A stretch of 64,000 bases of DNA from Gekko japonicus (taxonomy: Eukaryota): NCBI RefSeq assembly GCF_001447785.1, contig NW_015172014.1, positions 1,130,632-1,194,631 of the forward strand. The letters run 5' to 3'. A program made the position numbers and the translations under genes. Below the pieces are notes generated by a model. That model did no database searches, was not told where the DNA came from, and was given only the letters and a program-made list of their open reading frames with translations. Positions 35,952 to 47,417 of the stretch are shown piece by piece (the stretch's first letter is position 1; the number at the start of each line of letters is the position of its first letter).

Positions 35952-36003
35952 TCTAGTTGCTGCAGGCTTGTTGTAATGGCCCTATTTGCTCATCTTTTTG
36001 CAG

Positions 36004-36082
36004 GAAGACGATTGCCTCAGCGACTCAGTATTTGAAGAGATTGTTGAGAGTGTACTTAAGAAGTCTTTGGAGGAGTGCATGG
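36004..36082 (+). CDS. ZCWPW1: ZCWPW1 exon (EDDCLSDSVFEEIVESVLKKSLEECM)
   Basis: Matches human LTNAEFEEIVQIVLQKSLQECL; TTGCAG/GTACGC sites. Confidence 0.92.
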
Positions 36083-36498
36083 GTACGCTGACAGAGAGAT
36101 CTTGAGAGTACTTCTTGAGAAAAGAAGTTCCTCACTCACACAGTAATTCAGTTGTGGAATTCATTATCACAGGGATGGCCTCTAGTTTGGATGGCTTTGA
36201 CAGGAGGTTAATTCATCGAGTAGGAGAAGTCTGACAATGGTTATTAGTCCTGACGGCTGAATGGAATTGCCATGTTCATAGGCATAAGAACATAAGACGA
36301 GCACTGCTGGATCAGACCAGTGGCGCATAGTAGCCAACCAGTTGCCCTGGAGGGCCACCCAACAGAGCACAGAGGCCAAGGCCTTCCCCTGATGCTGCCT
36401 CCTGGGCACTGGGATTCAGAGGTTTGCTGCCTCTGAATGTGAAGGTTCCACTTCGTCACCATGGCTAGTAGCCACTGATAGAACTACATGACGGTAAC

Positions 36499-37251
36499 TG
36501 TAATGATTTCATGTTTAACTGTGTGTGTGTGACTTTAAAAGGTTTGGTTGCATGACTGTGTGATAGTCTAGAGTAGTGGAAACAAGCAAGTGGTGTGATT
36601 GGTGAGTGACAGAGAGGGGGAGGGGTTTTGGAAGTGATGCTGTGTGGAGGATTTGTATGTCTATCAGGGGTGACAGTTAAGGAAGACAGTTGAAGTTTCA
36701 GTTTTGTTCTGGGGTTAGAGAGGAAAGCAGTTCGTTCTGAGGTCTGAAGGAGAGACCTTCTTGTGTGTGATAGAAGAGATTAAGTTCTGTGTATGAAGAA
36801 GCGTTGAATCTATAAGGAAACAAAAGTTAAATAACAGTCTGAGTGACAGACTGCAGTGAAACAAGAAACATTTATGACCCTGAGTTAATGAGTTACAATG
36901 TTACTTGAAAGATCCCTGTCAGAAAAGGGAGCAGATCTTATGTGAGACTTAAAGCAAGTGTTAAAACTATTCACAGTACCGGTTACCTCGTGCTACTATA
37001 TTATTTACAAATTATTTTAATAAATCTACTTTTATTCAAGTCTGCCAGTTCTGAAAGAAATAATCCCTCAGACCACATTAGCTCCTAGAAAGCCTAAACC
37101 CTTGACTTACCTACCCAGTGATAGATATATTGTATTATAAAGGTTTGGAAAGCCTTAAATTTCCTGGTGGCAGCCGGATTACCCAGTAGAGAAAAACATA
37201 AAGAACCCTTTTAAAGTAAAACCAGACCTCCCCAGTTAAGGGGTCGTCACA
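36499..37251 (+). mobile_element. Solo LTR, 753 bp
   Basis: TGT...ACA termini, 5-bp TSD GTAAC at 36494-36498 and 37252-37256, AATAAA at 37019. Confidence 0.8.
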
Positions 37252-37545
37252 GTAACATTCTGCTTTAAAAGTTTGTGGAAGTTCATGGCGGTAGACCTGT
37301 CACAAACTTTGGTTTAAAAACTGCGAACAGGACAAAATTTGTGACAAATTTTGCTTTATGGTTCAGTTTGTGCCCATCCCTAAATGTAACAATGAGAATT
37401 ACAGTCTGCCCTGTTGCAGGAAGCCGGTTGTAATTTTATCTGGTTTTCCTGTTTGTTTGTTTTTTAGATAATGGGAGGGAGCAGTTCAAGTATTTTGTAC
37501 TGCCTCCATTTTCCTTCTAAACGGCCACATCATTCTAGCAGTAAC

Positions 37546-37904
37546 CAGGGCTATTTTTGGGCAGGAACGCACAGGAACGGAGTTCCGGCTGGCTTCCAAG
37601 TTGGCCACACCCAGCAGGAACACATTAGCATAATAGGCCACACCCAACAGCAGAAACTCATTAGGATTGGCTACATTAGGGGTGTGTGGCCTAACATGCA
37701 AAGGAGTTCCTGCTACAAAAAAGCCCTGGGTTTGGACAACAAACAAGGTAAACAGAATAAGAAGCAAAAGGTGGGTGTGGCTGGATGAGCACACTTCTGG
37801 TAATGTGGGGGTGTGGCCTAATATGCCAGTGAGCTGTGCTGTCAGGGGTGTGGCCTATTATGTTAATGAGTTCCTGCTGGGCTTTTTCTACAAAAAGAGC
37901 CCTG
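37546..37904. mobile_element. Composite hAT MITE
   Basis: CAGGGCT..AGCCCTG ends, 8-bp TSD GCAGTAAC, extra internal right end at ~37716-37728. Confidence 0.85.
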
Positions 37905-38205
37905 GCAGTAACATAATATTGTGCCAACAGGAAGCGAGAGTGGGAGAGTTTAAAGGGGAGGGGTAAAGAGGCAGATGGTACAGAAAAAGTCAGGCCACTT
38001 TAGCTCTTGGGATGCAAGTGAAAAACCACAGTGAGTTTAGATAACTGATGGTCTTTCGGACACTCAGTCCCTCAAATGTTGAAGGTAATATCTGGGACTC
38101 GGCCATACTATCACACAAGACTACATCAAACTGCTTTCAGACTTTATGAACTCTCTGAGGCTTAGATAGCAGAGTTGCTTAAAGATGTTTACTTTTTATT
38201 TTCAG

Positions 38206-38254
38206 AAGACTTTAAGAAGATAGCTCCTTCAGCTGAGGAACAAGGTCTGGGAAG
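38206..38254 (+). CDS. ZCWPW1: ZCWPW1 small exon (E-DFKKIAPSAEEQGLG)
   Basis: Strong TTTTCAG/GTAAGT sites; only the phase-1 entry frame is open, and it bridges to the phase-2 downstream exons. Confidence 0.75.
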
Positions 38255-38280
38255 GTAAGTTTCTTAAACCTGTTGGGAGT

Positions 38281-38866
38281 TGGGAGTAAGCAGTGAAGTG
38301 GCTAAATTTGCAGGTGACACAAAGTTGTTCAAGGTGGTGAGAACCAGGGAGGATTGTGAGGCACTCCAAAGGGATCTGTCGAGGATCGGCGAGTGGGCGT
38401 CAGCATGGCAAATGGGATTCAATGTGGTCAAATGCAAAGTGATGCACATTGGAGTAAAAAATCCTAACTATAAATACACGTTGATGGGGTCTGAACTGGC
38501 AGAGACTGACCAAGAGAGAGAGATTGGAGTCGTAGTAGATAACTCAATGAAAATGTCAAGACAGTGTGTGACTGCAATAAAAAAGGCCAACGCTATGCTG
38601 GGGATTATTAGGAAGGGAACTGAAAACAAAGCAGCCAGTATCATAATGCCTCTGTATAAATCGATGGTACGTCCTCATTTGGAATACTGTGTACAGTTTT
38701 GGTCACCACACTTCAAAAAGGATATTATAGCATTGGAAATAGTGCAGAAAAGGCAACTAGAATGATAAATGGGTTGGAACACTTTCCCTATGAAGAAAGG
38801 TTAAAGCGTTTGCGGCTCTTTAGCTTGGAGAAACGATGGCTGAGGGGTGACATGATCGAGGTTTAT
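38281..38866 (+). mobile_element. CR1 ORF2 fragment (RT C-terminal region)
   Basis: [49 protein letters not shown]; frameshifted. Confidence 0.92.
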
Positions 38867-38973
38867 CAAAATTGTTTATTTATTAATTTTTACATACTGA
38901 GTGAATTTTAGATAGTTTCTTGCAGTCTTAATTTTTCTTTATTTGCTATCTTACTTGGTAGGGATTTTGTAAA

Positions 38974-39918
38974 TAGAGATGTGATGGCCCAGAAAAAACT
39001 GGGGAAAATGGGGAGGGGGAAGCATTTGAGTCTGGGTTTTTCCCCAAGGTCCTTCCCCCCCCCCATTTTTCTGGTGGAAAAATTGGCAATTTGGGGGGAA
39101 AATGAAAAAAAACACCTATGAAATATTTTCTTTTAAAATGACTGAGATGCTTTTAAGGACAAGGTGGGCATACTGTAGACGTATGGAGCTCTTCAATCCA
39201 AGTTTTTCTGAACCTTGAAGGATACCTAATCTTCATGAAGGAGCATGCAGGGATTTCATTTCTCTTCAACTGTTACAGGCCTCCTGTTCCTGATTTGTGG
39301 TTGACCATGTGGTTGACCTTTTCACCTCTCCCTCCCGCTAACCACTGGGAGACATACACCCACAGATCTGGTATCAAGTAGTTTCTTGTCCTGCCTTGCT
39401 GGAGGGAAAAAAGACCAGAAGGAGTTAGGGCAGAAACTGCCACCAAAGCCCTAGAGGAAAACTCCATAAGTTGCACTGAGAACTGAGCTGTCTCTAACCA
39501 GAAAACAAAAATTAAGGTATATGTGCCAAGATAACACAAGGTACATCACCTTGCAGTTTTCTCACAAGTGTTGGGTATATTGGAAATTTTGCTTATAGAA
39601 AACTAAGGCATTGTAACTTTTAAATTCCATAAATAAGTCAGATATTGCAATTTTATATGCTAAGTTATAAACGATGCATGTTCTGTTGTTAAAGCAGTAA
39701 GAATTAGTTTAGGTCTGACAGGACAGCAAGTAGTGCGTATATTTTCCAAAATTGCCAAATTGACAATTTGGGGGAATGTAGAAGAGAGAAAAATCCCTAT
39801 GAAATATTTTCTTTTAAAGTGAGTGAAATTGTCAGTATTTTTCTGGAAAAAAACATTGGAGGAAAAACTTCTTTTTTTTGTCTGTGGCTTCAAAATTTCC
39901 GGAAATTTTACATCTCTA
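38974..39918. mobile_element. Non-autonomous Ac-type hAT transposon, 945 bp
   Basis: TIR TAGAGATGT..ACATCTCTA, perfect TSD TTTGTAAA, subterminal GGAAAA/TTTTCC repeats. Confidence 0.85.
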
Positions 39919-40143
39919 TTTGTAAAGCAGATTTATCAACTTCATCTGGCAAGGCTTCTGTGGTTTTAGCAGTGGTTGAGTCAGCAGATGAAGTTTCTGT
40001 CAGCATGCTGATGAAAAGAGCCTGCTATGCTATTGTGAAGTTGTATTTATGTCTTTATTTATTCTATTTCTACACTGTTTTCCCTTGTTACTCAAAAATG
40101 ATTACAATAAAACCAAACAGTTAAAGCCAACCAGAACCTAGAT

Positions 40144-40323
40144 TCAGGTGGGTAGCCGTGCTGGTCTGAAACAGCAGAACAAAGGTTGAGTCCAGTCAGG
40201 CACCTTTAAGACCAACAAAGTTTTGTTCTGGGTGTAAGCTTTCTTGTGCATGCGCATGTGCGTGCACAAGAAAACTTATACCCAAAATTAAACTTTGTTG
40301 GTCTTAAAGGTGCTACTGGAGTC
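40144..40323. mobile_element. Palindromic Penelope-like element remnant
   Basis: GCACCTTTAAGACCAACAAAG inverted as CTTTGTTGGTCTTAAAGGTGC. Confidence 0.65.
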
Positions 40324-40565
40324 AACCAGAACCTGATATGTTAAAACAGTACTCATGCTTTTGTAATTGTGCTGTAACACCCCAAAAACAAAAGAGCCCT
40401 CAGCTGGAAAAAGCAATGCTTTATTTCCCTCTAAAAACTCCAAGAACTAGTAATTAGCAATTGATTCAGGAATTAGTGAAGAGGGAATAATTAATTAAGC
40501 TGGAAGCAGAAGGAAAGGAGAACAATGTAATGGAACATTAGCCACAAGAAGCCTTACTGGCCTTG

Positions 40566-40850
40566 AGAGCCAGTTTGGTGTAGTAGTTAAGTGCGTGGAC
40601 TCTAATCTGGGAGAATCGGGTTTGATTCCCCACTCCTCCACTTACACCTGCCGGATGACCTTGGGCAAGCCATAGTTCTGGCACAGCTGTTCTTGACAAA
40701 GAGCAGTTTCTGTCAGAGCTGTCTCAGCCCTGCCTACCTCACAGGGTATCTGTTGTGGGGAGGGGAAGGAGTTTGTAAGCGGCTCTGAGACCCCTTTGGG
40801 TAGTGAAGGGCGGGGTATAAATCCAATCTCCTCCTCCTCCTCCTCCCTCC
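40566..40850 (+). mobile_element. Squam3-type SINE, full length
   Basis: Same family as 24415-24705. Confidence 0.8.
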
Positions 40851-42253
40851 TCTGACTGGACCACCTGTGGCTGCCCTGGTGTCTTACATTTCACCAAAAC
40901 CCTCTCACTTTAGATCTGGAAAATGGCAGGACAATGTGGAAACATGTTGGACTGCCACAGGATGGCATGATGCCCATGCCCGGCCAAACCGCTGGTGGGA
41001 AGTAGCCTAAAACTCCAAGACCTTTGGACGGAGCACCAGGTGCACCAGACGATGGCTCTTTTTGACATCCCATTCACTTACTTGTTTGTTTAGAACATTT
41101 CTATGCTGCCTCTCCATTTCTATGCCGACCTAGAAGTAAAACACGGCAAAAACACCAAACAGATTTAAAAAAGAGTTAAAAATTAACAAACTATTAACGT
41201 GGCATTAAAAAACACAACTTCATCAGGCCTTGTTCACAGGAGAACTAGCATAGCTCATTTTCACTCAAAACATTAACCAGCACCATGGATCCTTTGGGGA
41301 CTCAGTGTTATTAATGGGGGGGGGGGGGACAAAATGCAGGAGAAAGTCTGAATGTACTCTATAATCAACATGGGATTTTAAGTTTGCACCCCAGTTTAAA
41401 CCTTGGGTTGAGAGAAGAGCTTTTTTCCCGGCCTTATGGAAGCAACTTTGGTTGTGCAGATGCCCAGAGACTCTCCAGCCCCATCGTCAGAAAGGAATGC
41501 AGGAGGCTCCATGTATGTGAAATCACATTTTTGACCTCTGGGTGGTGCTGCAGTATAGGCTATGCAGATGCAGGCTTTAGCCTTTCAGGTTGCCAGCTGT
41601 TTCTGAGCACACCCCTAACCACACTTTACTCACAACCATGTGTGTGATGTTGTTTGTGTGCTTTAAATCAGACGGGGGAAAGCTATTGGGTGGCAGAGTA
41701 CAGAGTAGAGAAACCGTGAACGAGGGGAGGTGTTTAATATTTCCCCCTCCACCATTTCCCTGCTCTGAGCAGACCTCCCTAACCACTTCCCTGCTTGCAA
41801 GATTCAAAATGCAGGTAAAAACCCATTTTGATCCCTGCTGCTCTCAGTGGAAAGAAGAGACATCCCAGGCAAATGGAGGGGAGAGGTAGTTGGGAAGGGC
41901 TAACTACCTCGTCCTCTTTCCCCAAAAAAATGACATTGGGGCTCTTTTGTGTGTTAGAGCTGTACATAACAAACAGCTGGGCATCTCAGGCAGAGCATGG
42001 GTGCCTGGCACTTTTCTCTCTCCTGAATACTGGGAGGTCTGAGAGGTGCTTACTGTAGGGTCTCATTCCTTTGGGAGAAAAATCATTGTCTTCTGTGTTT
42101 GTTCAGCAAGAAATGTAGGAGACTAAATGCAAAGCCTTTAGAAGTGGGAGCGGTGATTTACTACTAGTGCCATGGTACCTGCAAATGTTCTCTCAGTGGG
42201 ACTCCAGTTTGGCCCTAAAAGCTGGAGGGGAAGGGGGGAAAAAGGTTAGTTAT

Positions 42254-43430
42254 ATAAATACACATTGATGGGGTCTGAACTGGCAGAGACTCTCTCTCCA
42301 AGAGAGAGATCTTGGAGTTGTAGTAGATAACTCACTGAAAATGTCAAGACGGTGTGTGACTGCAATAAAAAAGGTCAATGCTATGCTGGGGATTACTAGG
42401 AAGGGTATTGAAAACAGATCAGCCAATATCATAATGCCCTTATATAAATCAATGGTGCAATCTCATTTTTTTTTAATTAATTAATTTATTTATTAGATTT
42501 GTACCCCGCCCTCCCCAACGGGCTCAGGGCAGCTACAACAGAGGCAATTGCCATAACAACAGTTAAAACAACATAAAAACAATCATTGAACAGTATAAAA
42601 CAACCATTAAGTAAAGTGCAGTGCTCTTGATGTTAAATTTTTCTTAATCCAAGATGAGTTCCATTCATCAATCTAACCTGACAACATACATTCTTCGGTT
42701 AACTAGGCGTCTGCCCAGGGCCGGCTCACCTCCAGATCTAATCTACCATCGAAGATGGCAACTCGGTGGTGGTACAGTGAAAAGCTATCTCAATTGGAAT
42801 ACTGTGTGCAGTTCTGATCACCACACCTTAAAAAGGATATTATAGCTTTGGAAAAAGTGCAGAAAAGGGCAACTCGAATGATAAAAGGGTTGGAACACTT
42901 TCCCTATGAGGAAAGGTTAAAGCGCTTAGGGCTCTTTAGCTTGGAGAAACGACGACTGAGGGGTGACATGATTGAGGTTTATAAGATCATGCATGGGATA
43001 GAGCAGGTAGAGAAAGAGGTACTTTTCTCCCTTTCTCACAATACAAGAACTCGTGGGCACTCCATGAAATTGCTGAGCGGTCGGGTTAGAACGGATAAAA
43101 GGAAGTCCTTCTTCACCCAAAGAGTGATTAACACATGGAATTCACTGCCACAGGAAGTGGTGGTGGCTACAAGCATGGACGGCTTCAAAAGGGAATTAGA
43201 TAAGCATATGGAGCAGAGGTCCATCAGTGGCTCTTAGCCACAAGGTATAGATAGGGGCTCTGGGGCAAGTGATGCTCTGTCTTCTTGGTGCTTGGGGGGG
43301 TCAACAGTGGGAGGGCTTCTAATGTCCTGGCCCCACTGGTGGACCTCCGGATGGCACCTGGTATTTTGGGCCACTGTGTGACAGAGTGTTGGACTGGATG
43401 GGCCTTTGGTCTGATCCAACATTGGCGTCT
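42254..43430 (+). mobile_element. CR1 3' region interrupted by an antisense L2-like insertion (~42466-42790)
   Basis: [51 protein letters not shown] plus 3' UTR. Confidence 0.9.
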
Positions 43431-43495
43431 TGTTAGGATTGGGCTCCAGCACTGTAGAAGGGTGGGCTTAACTCTTTTGTTCCTGTCCTCTCCAG

Positions 43496-43528
43496 GATGT
43501 TCCCCCAAGTGGAAATTTGCACAGGGGC
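43496..43528 (+). CDS. ZCWPW1: ZCWPW1 candidate 33-nt exon (MFPQVEICTG)
   Basis: Strong pyrimidine tract and CAG, donor GTATGT, symmetric phase 2-2, so it is skippable. Confidence 0.5.
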
Positions 43529-43888
43529 GTATGTGCATGCACACACACACACACACAGAGTAGGTTCACGTTCTAGTAGGGAAAAAGATGAACACCTGTC
43601 TTGTGCCTTGTCTTTGTTCCATCTTGTGATAAGGCCAGACAGGGGGTACTTCTCACCTGTACTCTTGGTGGGAGAGACCTGATCCAGACGGGGCCTCCTG
43701 TGGCTATTTTTTAGGGCCAAATGATACAGTTCATATTCTAGTCATATTAGCACTACATGCCATTTGGCTCCCTAGTTCCTCCCAGATCCCCCTGTGTTTC
43801 ATTTTAATTGCTGTAAGAAGGCATGATTTTTCATTGGGGGGGGGGGCTGAACCATGCCTCAGGGTTGTGATTTTCCTGTTTGTCTTAG

Positions 43889-44046
43889 AGAGATTGTGGA
43901 AGCCTCTCCACCTACAAAGGAAGCTGTCTCTGGAAAAGCAAGCAGGGATGGAGGTGAGGTGATGCTTCTAGAAACAGAACAGCAGGAACCTCGGCCCGAG
44001 AAGAGGAGACACAGCAAGCTTTCTGTGAAGGACAAAAGTGACAAAA
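43889..44046 (+). CDS. ZCWPW1: ZCWPW1 exon (EIVEASPP...SVKDKSDK)
   Basis: TTAG/GTAAGA sites, phase 2-1; QQEPRPEKRRHSKLSV resembles human QPDPAPSKKKSNRLTL. Confidence 0.8.
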
Positions 44047-44375
44047 GTAAGAACTCCCCGTGAGACCCCCTCCTTTGGGAAGAATAGCAGCTGTGAAAGA
44101 GCTCAACTGCAGAGGCTGTGCAGAGAATGCGTCAAGATGGGTAGGAATCAGGACGAGGGAAAAAATGATGGGAAAGGCCGTGGCGGGTGAGGGCAGCTGC
44201 GTGGGGTAGAGTGACATCCACATTCTTGAAAACAAGTTGCCTCTGTTGACTGCTAGACAGCTCCTGGTTTCCTCTTCCAGCCACCAGCTCCAGTGTCGCT
44301 ACCCCATCACTCCTCGGGTGTTTTTCTAAAGAGGCAATAACACACAGGGCTTTGTTTTTCTTTGTCTCCTGGCAG

Positions 44376-44525
44376 ATGAGAACCCAAAAGCAGACAATGG
44401 GGGGCGTGAAGAAAACCGGAAAGGAGCGCCCAAGAAAAAAGTTCAAGGCAACGCCCAGATCGTTCACCAAGAGGAAAAGCAAAAGGAGGGGGAAGAGAAG
44501 GCGGCAGCAGATGAAGGAAGTTGTA
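44376..44525 (+). CDS. ZCWPW1: ZCWPW1 exon (ENPKADNGG...DEGSC)
   Basis: KKKVQGNAQIVHQE resembles human KKTVQDHSQIRDQQ; CAG/GTGAGC sites, phase 1-1. Confidence 0.82.
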
Positions 44526-45350
44526 GTGAGCCTCCCCCTCCCTCCAAAGGGTTTCAGGAAGGGTAGACAAAAAGAGTGGTGGTCAAAGACCTTGGATGTT
44601 AGGCGAACCTGGGAGCAGCAAAATGCTACACAGCTCCACAGGTTCTTTAGCTTGGCAGATCGTTCCTAGGCAAAAATCCTTGGACTCTTGGTGGGTTTTA
44701 AAATAGTCTTAATTATCTACCAGAGAGAGTGAGAAAGGAAACTGTTTGGCCCACTTAATTCTAAGAGGTGTGATATAAAACCTACCAGAGTTCTTAGGTT
44801 CTTTCCTGAGACAGCTGAAGGGCCCACCTTTAGCCCACGGTGTGTTGCCAGCATCAGTAATGTTGGTCTCTGGCAGGCTGCTCAGGAGCAGAGATTTTAA
44901 AACAGAGACGTCTCTTAAATAATGGAGAATCCCATGTTTCTAAATCCCTGAGTCCCTTGTGTACACTGAGGAGACCTAGGTGCACCCACGGCTGTACTCT
45001 GTACCTTACTCTGAAAATCTTTCTAGCCCCGTGCAGTCTCCTAGAAGGATAGCCTTCTCTCTTCAGACCTGAAGGTTAGAATCACATCTTGCACAATGAC
45101 CCTTCTTTCCGAGGCCCTTCTATGAACCCCATGCATGTATTCGGCTCATCTGGTCACTTCACCTTCTATGCCCATTCTCAGGCACTTTGGGCCATTTTGT
45201 GGAACAGCTTTGTGGAGAAGTTGGATGGGCATTCTCCTCCTGGTTTGCAGGAGTGCCTGCAAGTCAGTGCTGTTCTAGAGGGCCTTTACTAAGGATTGGC
45301 GAGATTCAAGTCCGGTGGCGCTTTAGAGACCAACAAGATTTTTAGGGTAT

Positions 45351-45606
45351 CTGACCTGGATAGCCCAGGCAAGCCTGATCTCCTCAGATCTCGGAAGCTA
45401 AGCAGGATCGACTCTGGCAAGTACTTGGATGGGAGACGTCCTTGGAATACCAGAGGCAGGAGGCGGGGGCAGGCTCTATTCAGCCACCTCTCTGAATATC
45501 CTTCAGGCCCCCAGGAGGGGTCAGTCACCAGAGGCCACCATAACTTCCAGGTGCGCACACTCTCTCTCTCTCACACACACATGCACATATTAAAAAATAC
45601 CAAAAA
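45351..45606 (+). mobile_element. 5S rRNA-derived SINE, family A, inside a Penelope-like palindrome (45300-45810)
   Basis: GATCTCGGAAGCTAAGCAGG..GTACTTGGATGGGAGAC head; approximate TSD AAGATTTT.GGGT. Confidence 0.85.
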
Positions 45607-46081
45607 AAGATTTTCGGGTGTAAGCTTTTGAGAGTCAAAGCTGCTTTGTCAGACCCAAGACGTCTTGTATCTGGCAAAGGGAGCTTTGAGTCTCAAAAGC
45701 TCCTACCCCGAAAATCTTGTTGGTATCAAATATCCTCCAGGCCCCCAGAATTGAATCTAGGTAATGTGCTGTTCTACTGCAGACCAACATGGGCCATGGC
45801 TATCCACTGAAACTTTACCAGGGATTGTTGGCCAGGTGGCTGTGTACGATTGTGTCAGAGGGCTGAATAGGCTATTTTATTAAGTATTGTTATTATCTTA
45901 TTTGTTTTATTGTACTCTCGCCTGTTGGTATTTTGTTAGCTCACACTGGAGAAAGGCGAGGATACAGATAATTTAATAAATGAACACATGGTAATGCGCA
46001 TCTTGATTCAGAAGGGTAGAATGGATTTAATCCCCTGCGACAGAAGACTGCACACACCAACCATACACAATGAATGATGGA

Positions 46082-46285
46082 AGGGGCCGTGGCTCAGTGG
46101 TCAAACATCTCCTTGGCATGCAGAATGTCCCAGGTTCAGTTCTTCAATTCCCGGCATCTCGAGCTAGACGGATCAGGTAGGAGGTCCTGTGAAAGACCTC
46201 GGCCTGAGACCCTGGAGAGCCACTGCTAATCTGAGTAGACAGTGCATACCTCAAAGTACCCAAGGGGATAAGGCAGCTCCATGTG
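46082..46285 (+). mobile_element. tRNA-derived SINE (further copies at 48885-49090, 49146-49362, 53458-53645)
   Basis: GGGGCCGTGGCTCAGTGG..GGCATGCAGAA..CCCAGGTTCA head and shared body. Confidence 0.75.
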
Positions 46286-46361
46286 TTCGAGTTATGTCTC
46301 TTCACACCACACCAAGCACATTCCATAAAGTTTGTTGTGCTTTTTCCTGTTCTTGTCCCAG

Positions 46362-46478
46362 GTTGGTGTGTGGCCTGGGTCCAGTGCTCCTACCCAGCCT
46401 GTGGGAAGTGGAGGTGCCTCTGCAGTGACATAGACCCGTCAGTTCTGCCTGAGAATTGGACCTGCAGCGAGAACCCTG
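46362..46478 (+). CDS. ZCWPW1: ZCWPW1 zf-CW exon
   Basis: WCVAWVQCSYPACGKWRCLCSDIDPSVLPENWTCSENP; CAG/GTAAGA sites. Confidence 0.96.
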
Positions 46479-47296
46479 GTAAGACGGAAGGCCCAGTCTT
46501 GCCGGGGGAGTGGTGAGGCACTTGGCAGCTCCCGCTTCCCTCGGCCCAACAAGCAAAGCGTACCGGTGTTTCTTCTGCCTGTTGTATGCCCTCAGGAGGA
46601 ACTGCTGTCTGCCTGGGTATAAAGCAGGGGTGGCCAAGCTGCAGCTCGGGAGCCACATGCAGCTCTTTCACACATATTGTGCGGCTCCCGGCAGGGCAGC
46701 TGGGGAAGCATAGGGGAGGCATGCTTTTTCTCCCTCCCTCCCTCACGGTTTCTGTCAGAGCTCTCTCAGCCTCACCCGCCTCACAGGGTGTCTGTTGCGG
46801 GGAGGGGGAAGGGAAAGGAGTTTGTAAGACGCTCTGAGACTCCTTTGGGTAGTGAAGGGTGGGGTATAGATCCAATCTCTTCTCTTCTTCTTAATCTGCA
46901 TGGCCAATCAGAAGGCCTGCTGGGCACAAGCCCCACCTGGCCCTGCCCACTTTCTAAAAACAGTTCGTAGGTGCCAGGAAAGGCATTGGTGGGCGTTGTA
47001 GTGACCACAGACACCATGTTGGGAACCCCCGGCCTATCCACAAACTTGTGAATGTTAAAAGTAAGTCAGTCCATCTCCTCCAAATGTTTCAGTGTTCCAG
47101 AGACTGACAGATGTCTCTGGAATTGTGACCTATCTCCTCTCAGCCCTTTTCTCCCCCACCATGTAGGAAAAGGGATTATAAACTGCACTCCTTCAGAATA
47201 AGGGTGCCGAATACCTTCTAGGTGCCCACTGCCTCTTACACATACAGAAACAGGTCGCTAGTAAGATATGGTTGCCTTGTCGCTTCTCTGTTGCAG

Positions 47297-47417
47297 ATCT
47301 TCAGTACAACAGCTGCAGCATTCCTGAGGAGACGTGGTCGGGGTCCGAGAGTGAAGTGGTCTATGCGGTTTACATTCCCGGGTCAATTGTGTGGGCCAAG
47401 CAGTATGGATACCCGTG
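47297..47417 (+). CDS. ZCWPW1: ZCWPW1 exon, zf-CW end and PWWP start
   Basis: DLQYNSCSIPEETWSGSESEVVYAVYIPGSIVWAKQYGYP. Confidence 0.96.

Noticed and set aside
37468-37496. Extra ZCWPW1 micro-exon after a strong TTTTTAG acceptor
   Set aside because: Available GT donors break the phase 1-1 requirement between flanking exons.
38280-38911. 161-aa and 70-aa ORFs as a host gene or active RT
   Set aside because: Frameshifted CR1 ORF2 fragment with FAGD in place of FADD.
46082-46160. tRNA genes at GGCTCAGTGG..GGTTCA motifs
   Set aside because: All continue into a shared SINE body and lack intact cloverleaves.
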